A program made the position numbers and the translations under genes. The notes beneath the pieces are model-generated. The model ran no database searches, was not told the origin of the DNA, and was given only the letters and a program-made list of their open reading frames with translations. This document shows, one piece after another, positions 19,060 through 27,326 of a stretch of DNA of 39,968 nt. Origin of the DNA: Escherichia phage PH1061; sequence record OQ680138.1, one strand, 5' to 3'. Each line of letters starts with the position of its first letter. Position 1 is the first letter of the stretch.

Positions 19060-20103
19060 ATGGCAAACGTTCCGGGTCAGAAAATTGGTACAGACCAAGG
19101 TAAAGGCAAATCCAGTTCCGACGCTCTGGCGTTGTTCCTGAAGGTATTTGCTGGTGAAGTCCTGACCGCATTCACTCGCCGCTCTGTAACTGCTGACAAG
19201 CATATTGTCCGTACCATTCAGAACGGTAAGTCTGCTCAGTTCCCGGTCATGGGTCGCACCTCTGGTGTGTATCTGGCTCCGGGTGAGCGACTGTCCGATA
19301 AACGTAAAGGTATCAAACATACTGAGAAAGTGATTACCATTGATGGTCTGCTGACTGCCGATGTGATGATTTTTGACATTGAAGACGCGATGAACCACTA
19401 TGACGTGGCTGGTGAGTATTCCAACCAGTTGGGTGAAGCGCTGGCTATCGCTGCCGATGGTGCGGTTCTGGCTGAAATGGCTATCCTGTGTAACCTCCCG
19501 GCCGCATCCAACGAGAACATCGCTGGTCTGGGTACTGCGTCCGTACTGGAAGTTGGTAAGAAAGCTGACCTCGACACACCGGCTAAACTTGGTGAAGCAA
19601 TCATTGGTCAACTGACCATTGCTCGTGCGAAGTTGACCTCCAACTACGTTCCTGCTGGCGACCGTTACTTCTACACCACGCCGGACAACTACTCCGCAAT
19701 CCTCGCGGCTCTGATGCCGAACGCTGCTAACTATGCTGCGCTGATTGACCCGGAGACTGGTAACATCCGTAACGTTATGGGCTTCGTTGTTGTTGAAGTT
19801 CCGCATCTGGTACAGGGTGGTGCTGGTGAGACCCGTGGTGACGATGGTATCTCTATCGCTTCCGGTCAGAAACACGCATTCCCGGCAACTGCTACTGGCG
19901 ACGTTAAAGTTGCTATGGACAACGTTGTGGGTCTGTTCTCTCACCGTTCTGCTGTGGGTACTGTGAAGCTGCGTGACTTGGCGCTGGAACGTGACCGTGA
20001 CGTCGATGCTCAGGGCGACCTGATTGTTGGTAAATACGCTATGGGTCACGGTGGTCTGCGACCAGAAGCGGCAGGCGCACTGGTTTTCAGCCCAGCGGCG
20101 TAA
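19060..20103 (+). CDS. 10A: Major capsid protein 10A, 347 aa
   Basis: Size and position of T7 gp10A (345 aa); strong RBS TAGGAGA; followed by a Tphi-like terminator. Confidence 0.95.
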   Translation: MANVPGQKIGTDQGKGKSSSDALALFLKVFAGEVLTAFTRRSVTADKHIVRTIQNGKSAQFPVMGRTSGVYLAPGERLSDKRKGIKHTEKVITIDGLLTADVMIFDIEDAMNHYDVAGEYSNQLGEALAIAADGAVLAEMAILCNLPAASNENIAGLGTASVLEVGKKADLDTPAKLGEAIIGQLTIARAKLTSNYVPAGDRYFYTTPDNYSAILAALMPNAANYAALIDPETGNIRNVMGFVVVEVPHLVQGGAGETRGDDGISIASGQKHAFPATATGDVKVAMDNVVGLFSHRSAVGTVKLRDLALERDRDVDAQGDLIVGKYAMGHGGLRPEAAGALVFSPAA

Positions 20104-20234
20104 GCACCTTTAGCCAACCTAACGTCGCTACAGTAGCGGCTGCACCTGAAGAGGAGACTCTAACTCCTCAACAGAAAGCTGCGCGTACTCGTGCTGCGAA
20201 CAGGGCCGCTAAACTGGCTGAGTCCAACAACTAA
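19060..20234 (+). CDS. 10B: Putative minor capsid protein 10B produced by a -1 ribosomal frameshift near 20082..20088 (GGTTTTC)
   Basis: The -1 frame is open from the slippery site to TAA at 20232..20234, adding about 50 aa (...VSTFSQPNVATVAAAPEEETLTPQQKAARTRAANRAAKLAESNN); arrangement mirrors T7 10A/10B. Confidence 0.55.
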
Positions 20235-20240
20235 TTGAAA

Positions 20241-20277
20241 CCCCTTGGGTGCCTTCGGGTGCTTGAGGGGTTTTTTT
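20241..20277 (+). terminator. Tphi-like late terminator: CCCCUUGGGUGCCUUCGGGUGCUUGAGGGG followed by UUUUUUU
   Basis: Close resemblance to T7 Tphi (AACCCCTTGGGGCCTCTAAACGGGTCTTGAGGGGTTTTTTG) and same position after gene 10. Confidence 0.9.
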
Positions 20278-20298
20278 GCTTAAAGTGAGAGGAGACTT

Positions 20299-20865
20299 AT
20301 GGCTCAATACATTCCACTGAATACTAACGATGACTTAGACGCCATCAACGATATGTTAGCAGCTATCGGTGAACCAGCAGTCCTACAGCTTGATGAAGGC
20401 AACGCTGATGTTTCGAACGCACAACGTATCCTGCATCGTGTCAATCGTCAGGTCCAAGCTAAAGGCTGGAACTTTAATATCAACGAAGCTGCTGTCCTGA
20501 CACCTGATGTCCAAGACAAGAGGATTCGATTCTTGCCGTCATACCTTCGTGTAATGACCGCTGGGGCCACCAGCTACTACAGCAACATGGGTGGATACCT
20601 GTATGACCTATCCACTCAGTCAACCACTTTCACCGACCCTATCACGGTAGAGCTTGTGGAGATGAAGCCATTCTCCGAGATGCCTGTGGTCTTCAGGGAC
20701 TACATCGTCACTAAAGCTAGCCGTGAGTTCAACGCTAAGTTCTTCGGTAGCCCAGAGTCAGAGCTATACCTTCGTGAGCAGGAAGCAGAACTCTATCAGC
20801 AGGTTATGGAGTACGAGATGGACACTGGTCGCTACAACATGATGTCTGACATCGGGAGGGACTAA
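20299..20865 (+). CDS. 11: Tail tubular protein A, 188 aa
   Basis: Size and position of T7 gp11; RBS GAGAGGAG. Confidence 0.88.
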   Translation: MAQYIPLNTNDDLDAINDMLAAIGEPAVLQLDEGNADVSNAQRILHRVNRQVQAKGWNFNINEAAVLTPDVQDKRIRFLPSYLRVMTAGATSYYSNMGGYLYDLSTQSTTFTDPITVELVEMKPFSEMPVVFRDYIVTKASREFNAKFFGSPESELYLREQEAELYQQVMEYEMDTGRYNMMSDIGRD

Positions 20866-21092
20866 TGGCTAGTCACAACCTGAAGATTCACCGCCGGCAC
20901 TTTGGTCCGGTACAGCTAGGTATAAAGACAGCAGAGCTGAGACTTAACGACCGGGACTTTAAGGTTGGCGATTGGCTTATCCTGAATGAGTGGGACAACG
21001 GGTATACTGGACAACAGGTAGCGCGTAAGGTTATCCACATTGCTGACGTTGGTGACATCGCTGAAGGATACGTCCTAATGAGTATGATTTAA
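20865..21092 (+). CDS. Small ASCH/PUA-like (DUF3850-type) protein, 75 aa, inserted between tail tubular genes 11 and 12
   Basis: Pattern HNLKIH..HFGPVQLGIKTAELRLNDRDFKVGDWLILNEWD...EGYVLMSM fits DUF3850 as recalled; ATGA-type overlap with the gene 11 stop. Confidence 0.6.
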   Translation: MASHNLKIHRRHFGPVQLGIKTAELRLNDRDFKVGDWLILNEWDNGYTGQQVARKVIHIADVGDIAEGYVLMSMI

Positions 21093-21101
21093 GGAGGGCC
21101 T

Positions 21102-23459
21102 ATGCCACTAATTACTCAATCAATCAAGAACCTTAAAGGTGGCATTAGCCAGCAGCCTGATATACTGAGGTTCTCAGACCAAGGCGAGGCACAGGTTAAC
21201 TGCTGGTCATCCGAGAGTGATGGCCTCCAGAAGCGCCCACCTACAGTCTTCAAGCGACGTCTTAACATCGACGTTGGTAGCAACCCTAAGTTCCACCTGA
21301 TTAACCGTGACGAGCATGAGCAGTATTACATCGTGTTCAATGGGTCCAACATTCAGGTAGTTGACTTGAGTGGTAATCAATACTCAGTGTCCGGTGCGGT
21401 AGACTACGTTAAGTCCTCCAACCCGCGAGATGACATCCGTGTCGTTACCGTGGCAGACTATACGTTCGTCGTTAACCGTAAGGTTGTCGTCAAAGGTGGA
21501 AGCGAGAAGTCACACTCTGGTTATAACCGCAAAGCACGAGCTTTAATTAACCTGCGTGGTGGACAGTATGGTCGAACCCTTAAGGTGGGAATCAACGGTG
21601 GCGTTAAGGTATCGCATAAGCTACCAGCAGGTAATGATGCCGAGAATGACCCGCCTAAGGTGGACGCTCAAGCCATTGGTGCAGCTCTGAGAGACCTTCT
21701 TGTTCAGGCCTATCCTGACTTCACGTTCGACCTTGGGTCTGGCTTCCTGCTAATCACAGCTCCTTCAGGGACCGACATTAACTCAGTGGAGACGGAGGAT
21801 GGCTACGCTAACCAGCTAATAAGCCCAGTCCTAGACACTGTGCAGACAATCTCTAAACTACCTCTTGCCGCTCCTAATGGGTATATCATTAAGATTCAAG
21901 GTGAGACAAACAGTAGCGCCGATGAATACTACGTGATATATGACTCCAACACTAAGACGTGGAAGGAGACAGTGGAGCCTGGAGTTGTCACTGGGTTCGA
22001 TGTCACCACAATGCCACATGCTCTGGTCAGACAGTCTGATGGCTCCTTTGAGTTCAAGACTCTGGATTGGTCCAAGCGTGGTGCTGGTAACGATGACACA
22101 AACCCTATGCCTAGCTTCGTGGATGCTACGATTAACGATGTGTTCTTCTACAGGAACAGACTTGGGTTCTTGTCGGGTGAGAACGTAATCATGAGCCGTT
22201 CAGCCAGCTACTTTGCGTTCTTCCCTAAGAGTGTGGCGACACTGAGTGATGATGACCCTATTGATGTAGCTGTAAGTAACCCTCGAATCTCAATCCTTAA
22301 GTATGCCGTTCCGTTTAGCGAGCAGCTACTACTTTGGTCGGATGAGGTTCAGTTCGTGATGACAAGCTCTGGGGTACTTACCTCGAAGTCTATCCAGCTT
22401 GATGTGGGCTCAGAGTTTGCCCTAGGTGACAATGCCAGACCGTTCGCTGTAGGACGCTCAGTCTTCTTCTCAGCTCCTCGTGGGTCATTCACCAGTATTA
22501 AGCGATACTTCGCTGTAGCTGATGTGTCTGATGTGAAGGATGCAGATGATACAACTGGTCACGTACTGTCCTACATCCCTAACGGGGTGTTTGATATTCA
22601 AGGTACAGGGACTGAGAACTACATCTGCGTCAACTCTACAGGTGCATACAACCATATCTACATCTACAAGTTCTTGTTTAAGGACGGCGTACAGCTTCAA
22701 GCCTCTTGGTCACACTGGGAGTTCCCTAAAGATGATAAGATTCTGGCGTCTGCTTCTATTGGCTCTACCATGTTCATCGTTCGTCAGCACCAAGGAGGGG
22801 TAGACATTGAGCACCTTAAGTTCATCAAGGAGGCAACTGACTTCCCGTCAGAGCCATATAGACTACACATTGACTCCAAGGTGTCTATGGTAATTCCAAT
22901 TGGCTCATATAATGATGACACCTATAAGACTACGGTTGACATTGGTGCTGCTTATGGCGGCAACGCTCCGTCTCCCGGTCGGTACTATCTGATTGACAGT
23001 CAGGGTGCTTATGTGGACCTTGGGTACTTGACCAGTATCTCTACTGTGGTTAGCCTCAACGGCGATTGGTCAGGACGCACAGTGTTCATCGGACGCTCCT
23101 ATCTGATGTCCTACAAGTTCTCACGGTTCCTGATTAAGATTGAAGATGATAGTGGAGCTAAGTCTGAAGACACTGGTCGTCTACAGCTTCGTCGGGCTTG
23201 GGTAAACTACAAAGACACTGGCGCTCTGAGGCTCATTGTCAGAAACGGTGAGCGGGAGTTCGTGAACACCTTCAACGGGTACACCCTTGGTCAGCAGGCA
23301 ATTGGGACTACAAACATTGGGGATGGACAGTATCGCTTCGCTATGAACGGTAACGCATTAACCACGAGTCTAACCTTAGAGTCCGACTATCCTACCCCAG
23401 TGTCAATCGTTGGGTGTGGCTGGGAGGCGTCATACGCTAAGAAAGCTCGTTCCGTCTAA
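21102..23459 (+). CDS. 12: Tail tubular protein B, 785 aa
   Basis: Size and position of T7 gp12 (794 aa); RBS AAGGAGGG. Confidence 0.92.
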   Translation: MPLITQSIKNLKGGISQQPDILRFSDQGEAQVNCWSSESDGLQKRPPTVFKRRLNIDVGSNPKFHLINRDEHEQYYIVFNGSNIQVVDLSGNQYSVSGAVDYVKSSNPRDDIRVVTVADYTFVVNRKVVVKGGSEKSHSGYNRKARALINLRGGQYGRTLKVGINGGVKVSHKLPAGNDAENDPPKVDAQAIGAALRDLLVQAYPDFTFDLGSGFLLITAPSGTDINSVETEDGYANQLISPVLDTVQTISKLPLAAPNGYIIKIQGETNSSADEYYVIYDSNTKTWKETVEPGVVTGFDVTTMPHALVRQSDGSFEFKTLDWSKRGAGNDDTNPMPSFVDATINDVFFYRNRLGFLSGENVIMSRSASYFAFFPKSVATLSDDDPIDVAVSNPRISILKYAVPFSEQLLLWSDEVQFVMTSSGVLTSKSIQLDVGSEFALGDNARPFAVGRSVFFSAPRGSFTSIKRYFAVADVSDVKDADDTTGHVLSYIPNGVFDIQGTGTENYICVNSTGAYNHIYIYKFLFKDGVQLQASWSHWEFPKDDKILASASIGSTMFIVRQHQGGVDIEHLKFIKEATDFPSEPYRLHIDSKVSMVIPIGSYNDDTYKTTVDIGAAYGGNAPSPGRYYLIDSQGAYVDLGYLTSISTVVSLNGDWSGRTVFIGRSYLMSYKFSRFLIKIEDDSGAKSEDTGRLQLRRAWVNYKDTGALRLIVRNGEREFVNTFNGYTLGQQAIGTTNIGDGQYRFAMNGNALTTSLTLESDYPTPVSIVGCGWEASYAKKARSV

Positions 23460-23483
23460 CTTATTGAAGGGCCTATAGATTTA

Positions 23484-23506
23484 CCTTAACTATCACTATA
23501 GGGACT
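23484..23506 (+). promoter_or_regulatory. Phage RNAP promoter (phi13-like), CCTTAACTATCACTATAGGGA
   Basis: Consensus match. Confidence 0.85.
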
Positions 23507-23535
23507 ATAGGCCCTTAAGGTTATAAGGAGACTTT

Positions 23536-24006
23536 ATGTATATTCGCAAGGCTACGGAACAGGATGTCCACTATTTTCTGGGGCATCTTTCAGCAGATGA
23601 TGTTAATGAATGCAAAGCAAACTACGGGTCAACCGTGGGTCTCTCTGAAAGACTGCTTAAGCACCTATCTCCGTCATCTGTGGTTTTAACGAACGGTGTA
23701 GGAGAAGTGTTTGCCTATGGTGGAAACCAAGGGGATAACGTATGGTTCTTGACTTCCGGTCTGGTCCACAAGCTGAGACCTAAAGAGAAGCGAGAGTTCA
23801 TAAAGCGTATCTCTGAGTACAGGGACTTAATGTTAGACCAATACGGGACCATCTGGAACTACGTGTGGTCAGGCAATAAGTCTCACATTAAATTCTTGAA
23901 GTTGCTTGGGGCTAAGTTCCATGATGATTGGACTATCAGCCCGGTAACTGGTGAGCGTTTTCAATTATTCACTATCTCTAAGGAGGACGTATGTGTGAAC
24001 CCGTAA
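23536..24006 (+). CDS. 13: Internal virion protein A (gp13-like), 156 aa
   Basis: Position and size; RBS AAGGAGA. Confidence 0.75.
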   Translation: MYIRKATEQDVHYFLGHLSADDVNECKANYGSTVGLSERLLKHLSPSSVVLTNGVGEVFAYGGNQGDNVWFLTSGLVHKLRPKEKREFIKRISEYRDLMLDQYGTIWNYVWSGNKSHIKFLKLLGAKFHDDWTISPVTGERFQLFTISKEDVCVNP

Positions 24007-24578
24007 GTATCGGCATGGGTATCATGGCTGTAGCAGGGGCCACTATGTCCGCATCACAACAGGCCAAGGCCGAAGGTGCAGCAATTGACGCTCAGAACCG
24101 ACAGGCTCAGGAAATGGTTAAGCAGATGAACTACTCTGACGCCAACCTGAGGATGCAGGAGCGAGACCTGAAGGAGCAGCAGATGGCTGAACTGACAGAG
24201 ACCACGCTAAACGGTATCCGCAATCAGGGTATGGTACGAGCTGCGGTGGCTGAGTCAGGTCTGGAAGGTAACTCTATGGACAGGATTGAACGTCAGGTCG
24301 AAGGAGATACAGTCAAGGAGCGAGCAGGGATTACCGAAAGTTACAACCGCGACTATGCGGCTATCTTCGGGAACCGTATCACCAACATTGAGAACACCAA
24401 GTCTGCTATCCGTGGTCAGGGTAAAATCATCAGGACCAGCCCACTGGCTCATGCACTTAATGTTGCTAGCGCCGGGATGCAGGGATATGCTGCTGGTAAG
24501 TCAATATCCGGGGCAACAAGCTCTGGTGATGCTGCACCTATTAGTGCTGCTAAAGGCACACCTACAGGCCATAGCTAA
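23991..24578 (+). CDS. 14: Internal virion protein B (gp14-like), 195 aa
   Basis: N-terminus begins MC... as in T7 gp14; near-identical length to T7 gp14 (196 aa). Confidence 0.85.
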   Translation: MCEPVSIGMGIMAVAGATMSASQQAKAEGAAIDAQNRQAQEMVKQMNYSDANLRMQERDLKEQQMAELTETTLNGIRNQGMVRAAVAESGLEGNSMDRIERQVEGDTVKERAGITESYNRDYAAIFGNRITNIENTKSAIRGQGKIIRTSPLAHALNVASAGMQGYAAGKSISGATSSGDAAPISAAKGTPTGHS

Positions 24579-24589
24579 GAGGAGGACTA

Positions 24590-26872
24590 ATGGCTAGTAA
24601 TATTGAATCAGCTCTGGCTAATCGGACTATGGGTCGCGGCAGAGCGCCGGGTAAAACTATCGCTGTCAACTATCAAGCAGCCAGCATTCAGGCTCCGACT
24701 GGTGACTCCGGTCTGGCTCGTGCATTAACCAACTTCGTTGAGTCTGGGACTGGATTATACAAGCAGTTCAAAGACGAGGAGAAGACACGGGCCGACGAGC
24801 GGTCTAACGAGATTATCCGTAAGTTGACACCTCAGCAGAGACGTGAGGCTATCCAGAACGGCACATTGCTGTATCAGGATGACCCTTACGCTATGGAAGC
24901 ACTTCGAGTCAAGACTGGTCGTAATGCTGCCTTTGCTGTAGACGACGAGATTAACGTTAAGATTCAGAACGGTGAGTTCCGCACACGTCAGGAAATGGAA
25001 GAATATCGCCACCAGCGACTTCAGGATGCCGCTAAGTCCTATGCTGAAGAGGCGGGTATTAACCCTACCGATGAGTTCTTCCAGCGCGGGTTCAACGATA
25101 ACATCACTGACCGCAACATCGCTATCTATGGGTCCTTCAATAAGTATTTCAGTAAGCAGTCTGAAGAGACAGCAATGTTGAATACTCGTATTGAGATGAA
25201 CTCATTCCTGAACGATGGCGACCTGATGCGCTCACCTGAGTCCGGTAAGACCTTCATGGCCTACCTTCGTGATGGACTGACTACTGCTGCTATTCCTTCG
25301 GACCAGCGAGCACGGGAGGTCATTACCCAGACGGTCCGTGACGCAATCCAGAAGTCCGGCGGCTCAAACTTCCTACAGCAAGTACGAGGTGAGCGAATCA
25401 CCCTTAACGGTGTGGATGCTACAGTCGAAGAGATTGTAGGACCGGATGTCTTCAACGCTGCCATTGTTGAGGCACAAGGCACTGAGTACAAGCTGGTGGC
25501 TAAGTATCAGGAAGACTTGGCGTTAGGCGTTCAGTCTGCGATTCTTCAGGATGACCCGACCATAGGGCTGGCCCAGATTCAGAAACTCAAGGAGCAGAAC
25601 AACCTGCTTCAGCCGGGTGAAGAACTCACGCCTCAGCGTCAGATGCTTATTAATGCCGAAGCCAGCTTACTGGAAGCGGTCAAGCGGAAGTCTGCTGAAC
25701 AGGCGAAGGAGAACACTAAGTTAATCCAGACTCAGAACAAGCAACTGGTCATTGACCAAGTGTATCAGCGACGTCTGGCTGGGGATAACGTGTCCACCAA
25801 CTATGAGGACCTTCCGGTCTCAGATGCTACAGGCGAGTTCAAGCGTTCTGACATGAACAACTATGCGTCTGCCAAGCTACAGCAGATTGACCAGATGGAC
25901 ATTCCTGAGGCTGCTAAAGACGCTCAGAAGGTGGCATTGTTAAGAGCTGACACTAACAACGGTCCGTTCCGTAATGCCTTCCAGACGCTGACTCAGGACG
26001 CTGCTGGTGAGTGGCAATCTGCGGTAATCCGTGGACAGTACGACCCAGACAAGATGCAACGCTTCGAATCTCTTCGTCGGGCCTACACTCAGGACCCTTC
26101 AAGTTTTGCTGCTCTGTATCCTGACCAAGCCCAGTTGTTCTCTACGTTCGACCAGATGGACAAGATGGGTCTGGACCCTCAGACGATGATTGAAGCTGAT
26201 AAACAAGCTGCAAGTCAAAGCCGTGAGATGCGCATGGAGTCAGACAAGGCGTGGCAGGAGTTGAAGAACGACTCTCGGAATAAGGACCTTTCGCGTCTTC
26301 CTACGTCTCTGGACTCAAGTGCTCGTAAGGTCTGGGACTCATGGTACTATCGTACAGGTAACGCTGACGCTGCCACTCAGCAGACTCAACGCTGGCTGAA
26401 TGAGAACACCGTAACGTTCCAGTCTGAAGGTTCTGACGGTAAGTCCATCGGCATGGTGTCCAAGCACCAGCTTATGGTCGGGGATAACCCAGAGTCGTGG
26501 CAGGTTGGTCGAGACATTATCGACACCGCTCGTAAGCAGCTCATTAAGGCCAACCCTTGGGTAGTGAACTCTCAGTTGTCCGTTGTTGAACAGAACGGCT
26601 CTATCTTCCTCCAAGACGCTACAGGGACTATTCGTATTCGCTACGATAAAGAACTTGTAGGTAAACTCTACCGCGAACAACAGCAGAAGGCACAAGATGC
26701 CGCATACGCTCAGGCAGAACGTGACGCTAACAAGAGAGCGCGTATCGTCGGGACTAAAGCTGCTGGTGACAAACGTCGAGCTGACCGAGAGGCCAACATC
26801 GAGAAGCGCGGAGGGATGTACAATGACGTCTCATTGGAGGGTATCGCAAACGTACTAATCGGTAAGGAGTAA
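24590..26872 (+). CDS. 15: Internal virion protein C (gp15-like), 760 aa
   Basis: Size and position of T7 gp15 (747 aa); RBS GAGGAGG. Confidence 0.88.
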   Translation: MASNIESALANRTMGRGRAPGKTIAVNYQAASIQAPTGDSGLARALTNFVESGTGLYKQFKDEEKTRADERSNEIIRKLTPQQRREAIQNGTLLYQDDPYAMEALRVKTGRNAAFAVDDEINVKIQNGEFRTRQEMEEYRHQRLQDAAKSYAEEAGINPTDEFFQRGFNDNITDRNIAIYGSFNKYFSKQSEETAMLNTRIEMNSFLNDGDLMRSPESGKTFMAYLRDGLTTAAIPSDQRAREVITQTVRDAIQKSGGSNFLQQVRGERITLNGVDATVEEIVGPDVFNAAIVEAQGTEYKLVAKYQEDLALGVQSAILQDDPTIGLAQIQKLKEQNNLLQPGEELTPQRQMLINAEASLLEAVKRKSAEQAKENTKLIQTQNKQLVIDQVYQRRLAGDNVSTNYEDLPVSDATGEFKRSDMNNYASAKLQQIDQMDIPEAAKDAQKVALLRADTNNGPFRNAFQTLTQDAAGEWQSAVIRGQYDPDKMQRFESLRRAYTQDPSSFAALYPDQAQLFSTFDQMDKMGLDPQTMIEADKQAASQSREMRMESDKAWQELKNDSRNKDLSRLPTSLDSSARKVWDSWYYRTGNADAATQQTQRWLNENTVTFQSEGSDGKSIGMVSKHQLMVGDNPESWQVGRDIIDTARKQLIKANPWVVNSQLSVVEQNGSIFLQDATGTIRIRYDKELVGKLYREQQQKAQDAAYAQAERDANKRARIVGTKAAGDKRRADREANIEKRGGMYNDVSLEGIANVLIGKE

Positions 26873-26876
26873 CATA

Positions 26877-27326
26877 ATGAAGAACGGGACAGCCAGTGAG
26901 AGACTGGCAGAACTGTCAGTAACCGAAGAGTCTGGCTGTATCCGCTTCACCGGAAGCATTGAGAAGTCCGGTTATGGAAGGATAATGATTAATAGGGTAA
27001 AATATGGAGCGCATAGACTTGCTTACGAGCTTGCTAATGGTCCTATACCCGATGGGTACGTTGTTCGCCATAAATGCGACAACCCGTCCTGTATAAACCC
27101 AAGCCACCTTGAAGTTGGCACACAAGCTGACAACATAAAGGATAAGGTGACTAGAGGTCGCCAAGCATCAGGATGCTCCATAGGAGTATCTAAGCTCACT
27201 GAGGAAATTGTGAGAGACATAAGGTCCAGCGACCTAAAGGTTTCACTCTTGGCGGAACGATATGGAGTGAGTACGGTTTCTATTAGAAATATATTGAGGA
27301 GAAAGACATGGCAACACGTGGTGTAA
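26877..27326 (+). CDS. HNH homing endonuclease (family B), 149 aa, inserted between genes 15 and 16
   Basis: Motif RHKCDNPSCINPSHLEVGTQADN; paralog of 8049..8420; lower GC. Confidence 0.8.
   Translation: MKNGTASERLAELSVTEESGCIRFTGSIEKSGYGRIMINRVKYGAHRLAYELANGPIPDGYVVRHKCDNPSCINPSHLEVGTQADNIKDKVTRGRQASGCSIGVSKLTEEIVRDIRSSDLKVSLLAERYGVSTVSIRNILRRKTWQHVV

Noticed and set aside
19036-20049. 337-aa minus-strand ORF antisense to the major capsid gene
   Set aside because: It lies entirely inside the well-supported + strand capsid gene and has no RBS or recognisable motifs; T7-like genomes are transcribed from one strand. Treated as a shadow ORF.
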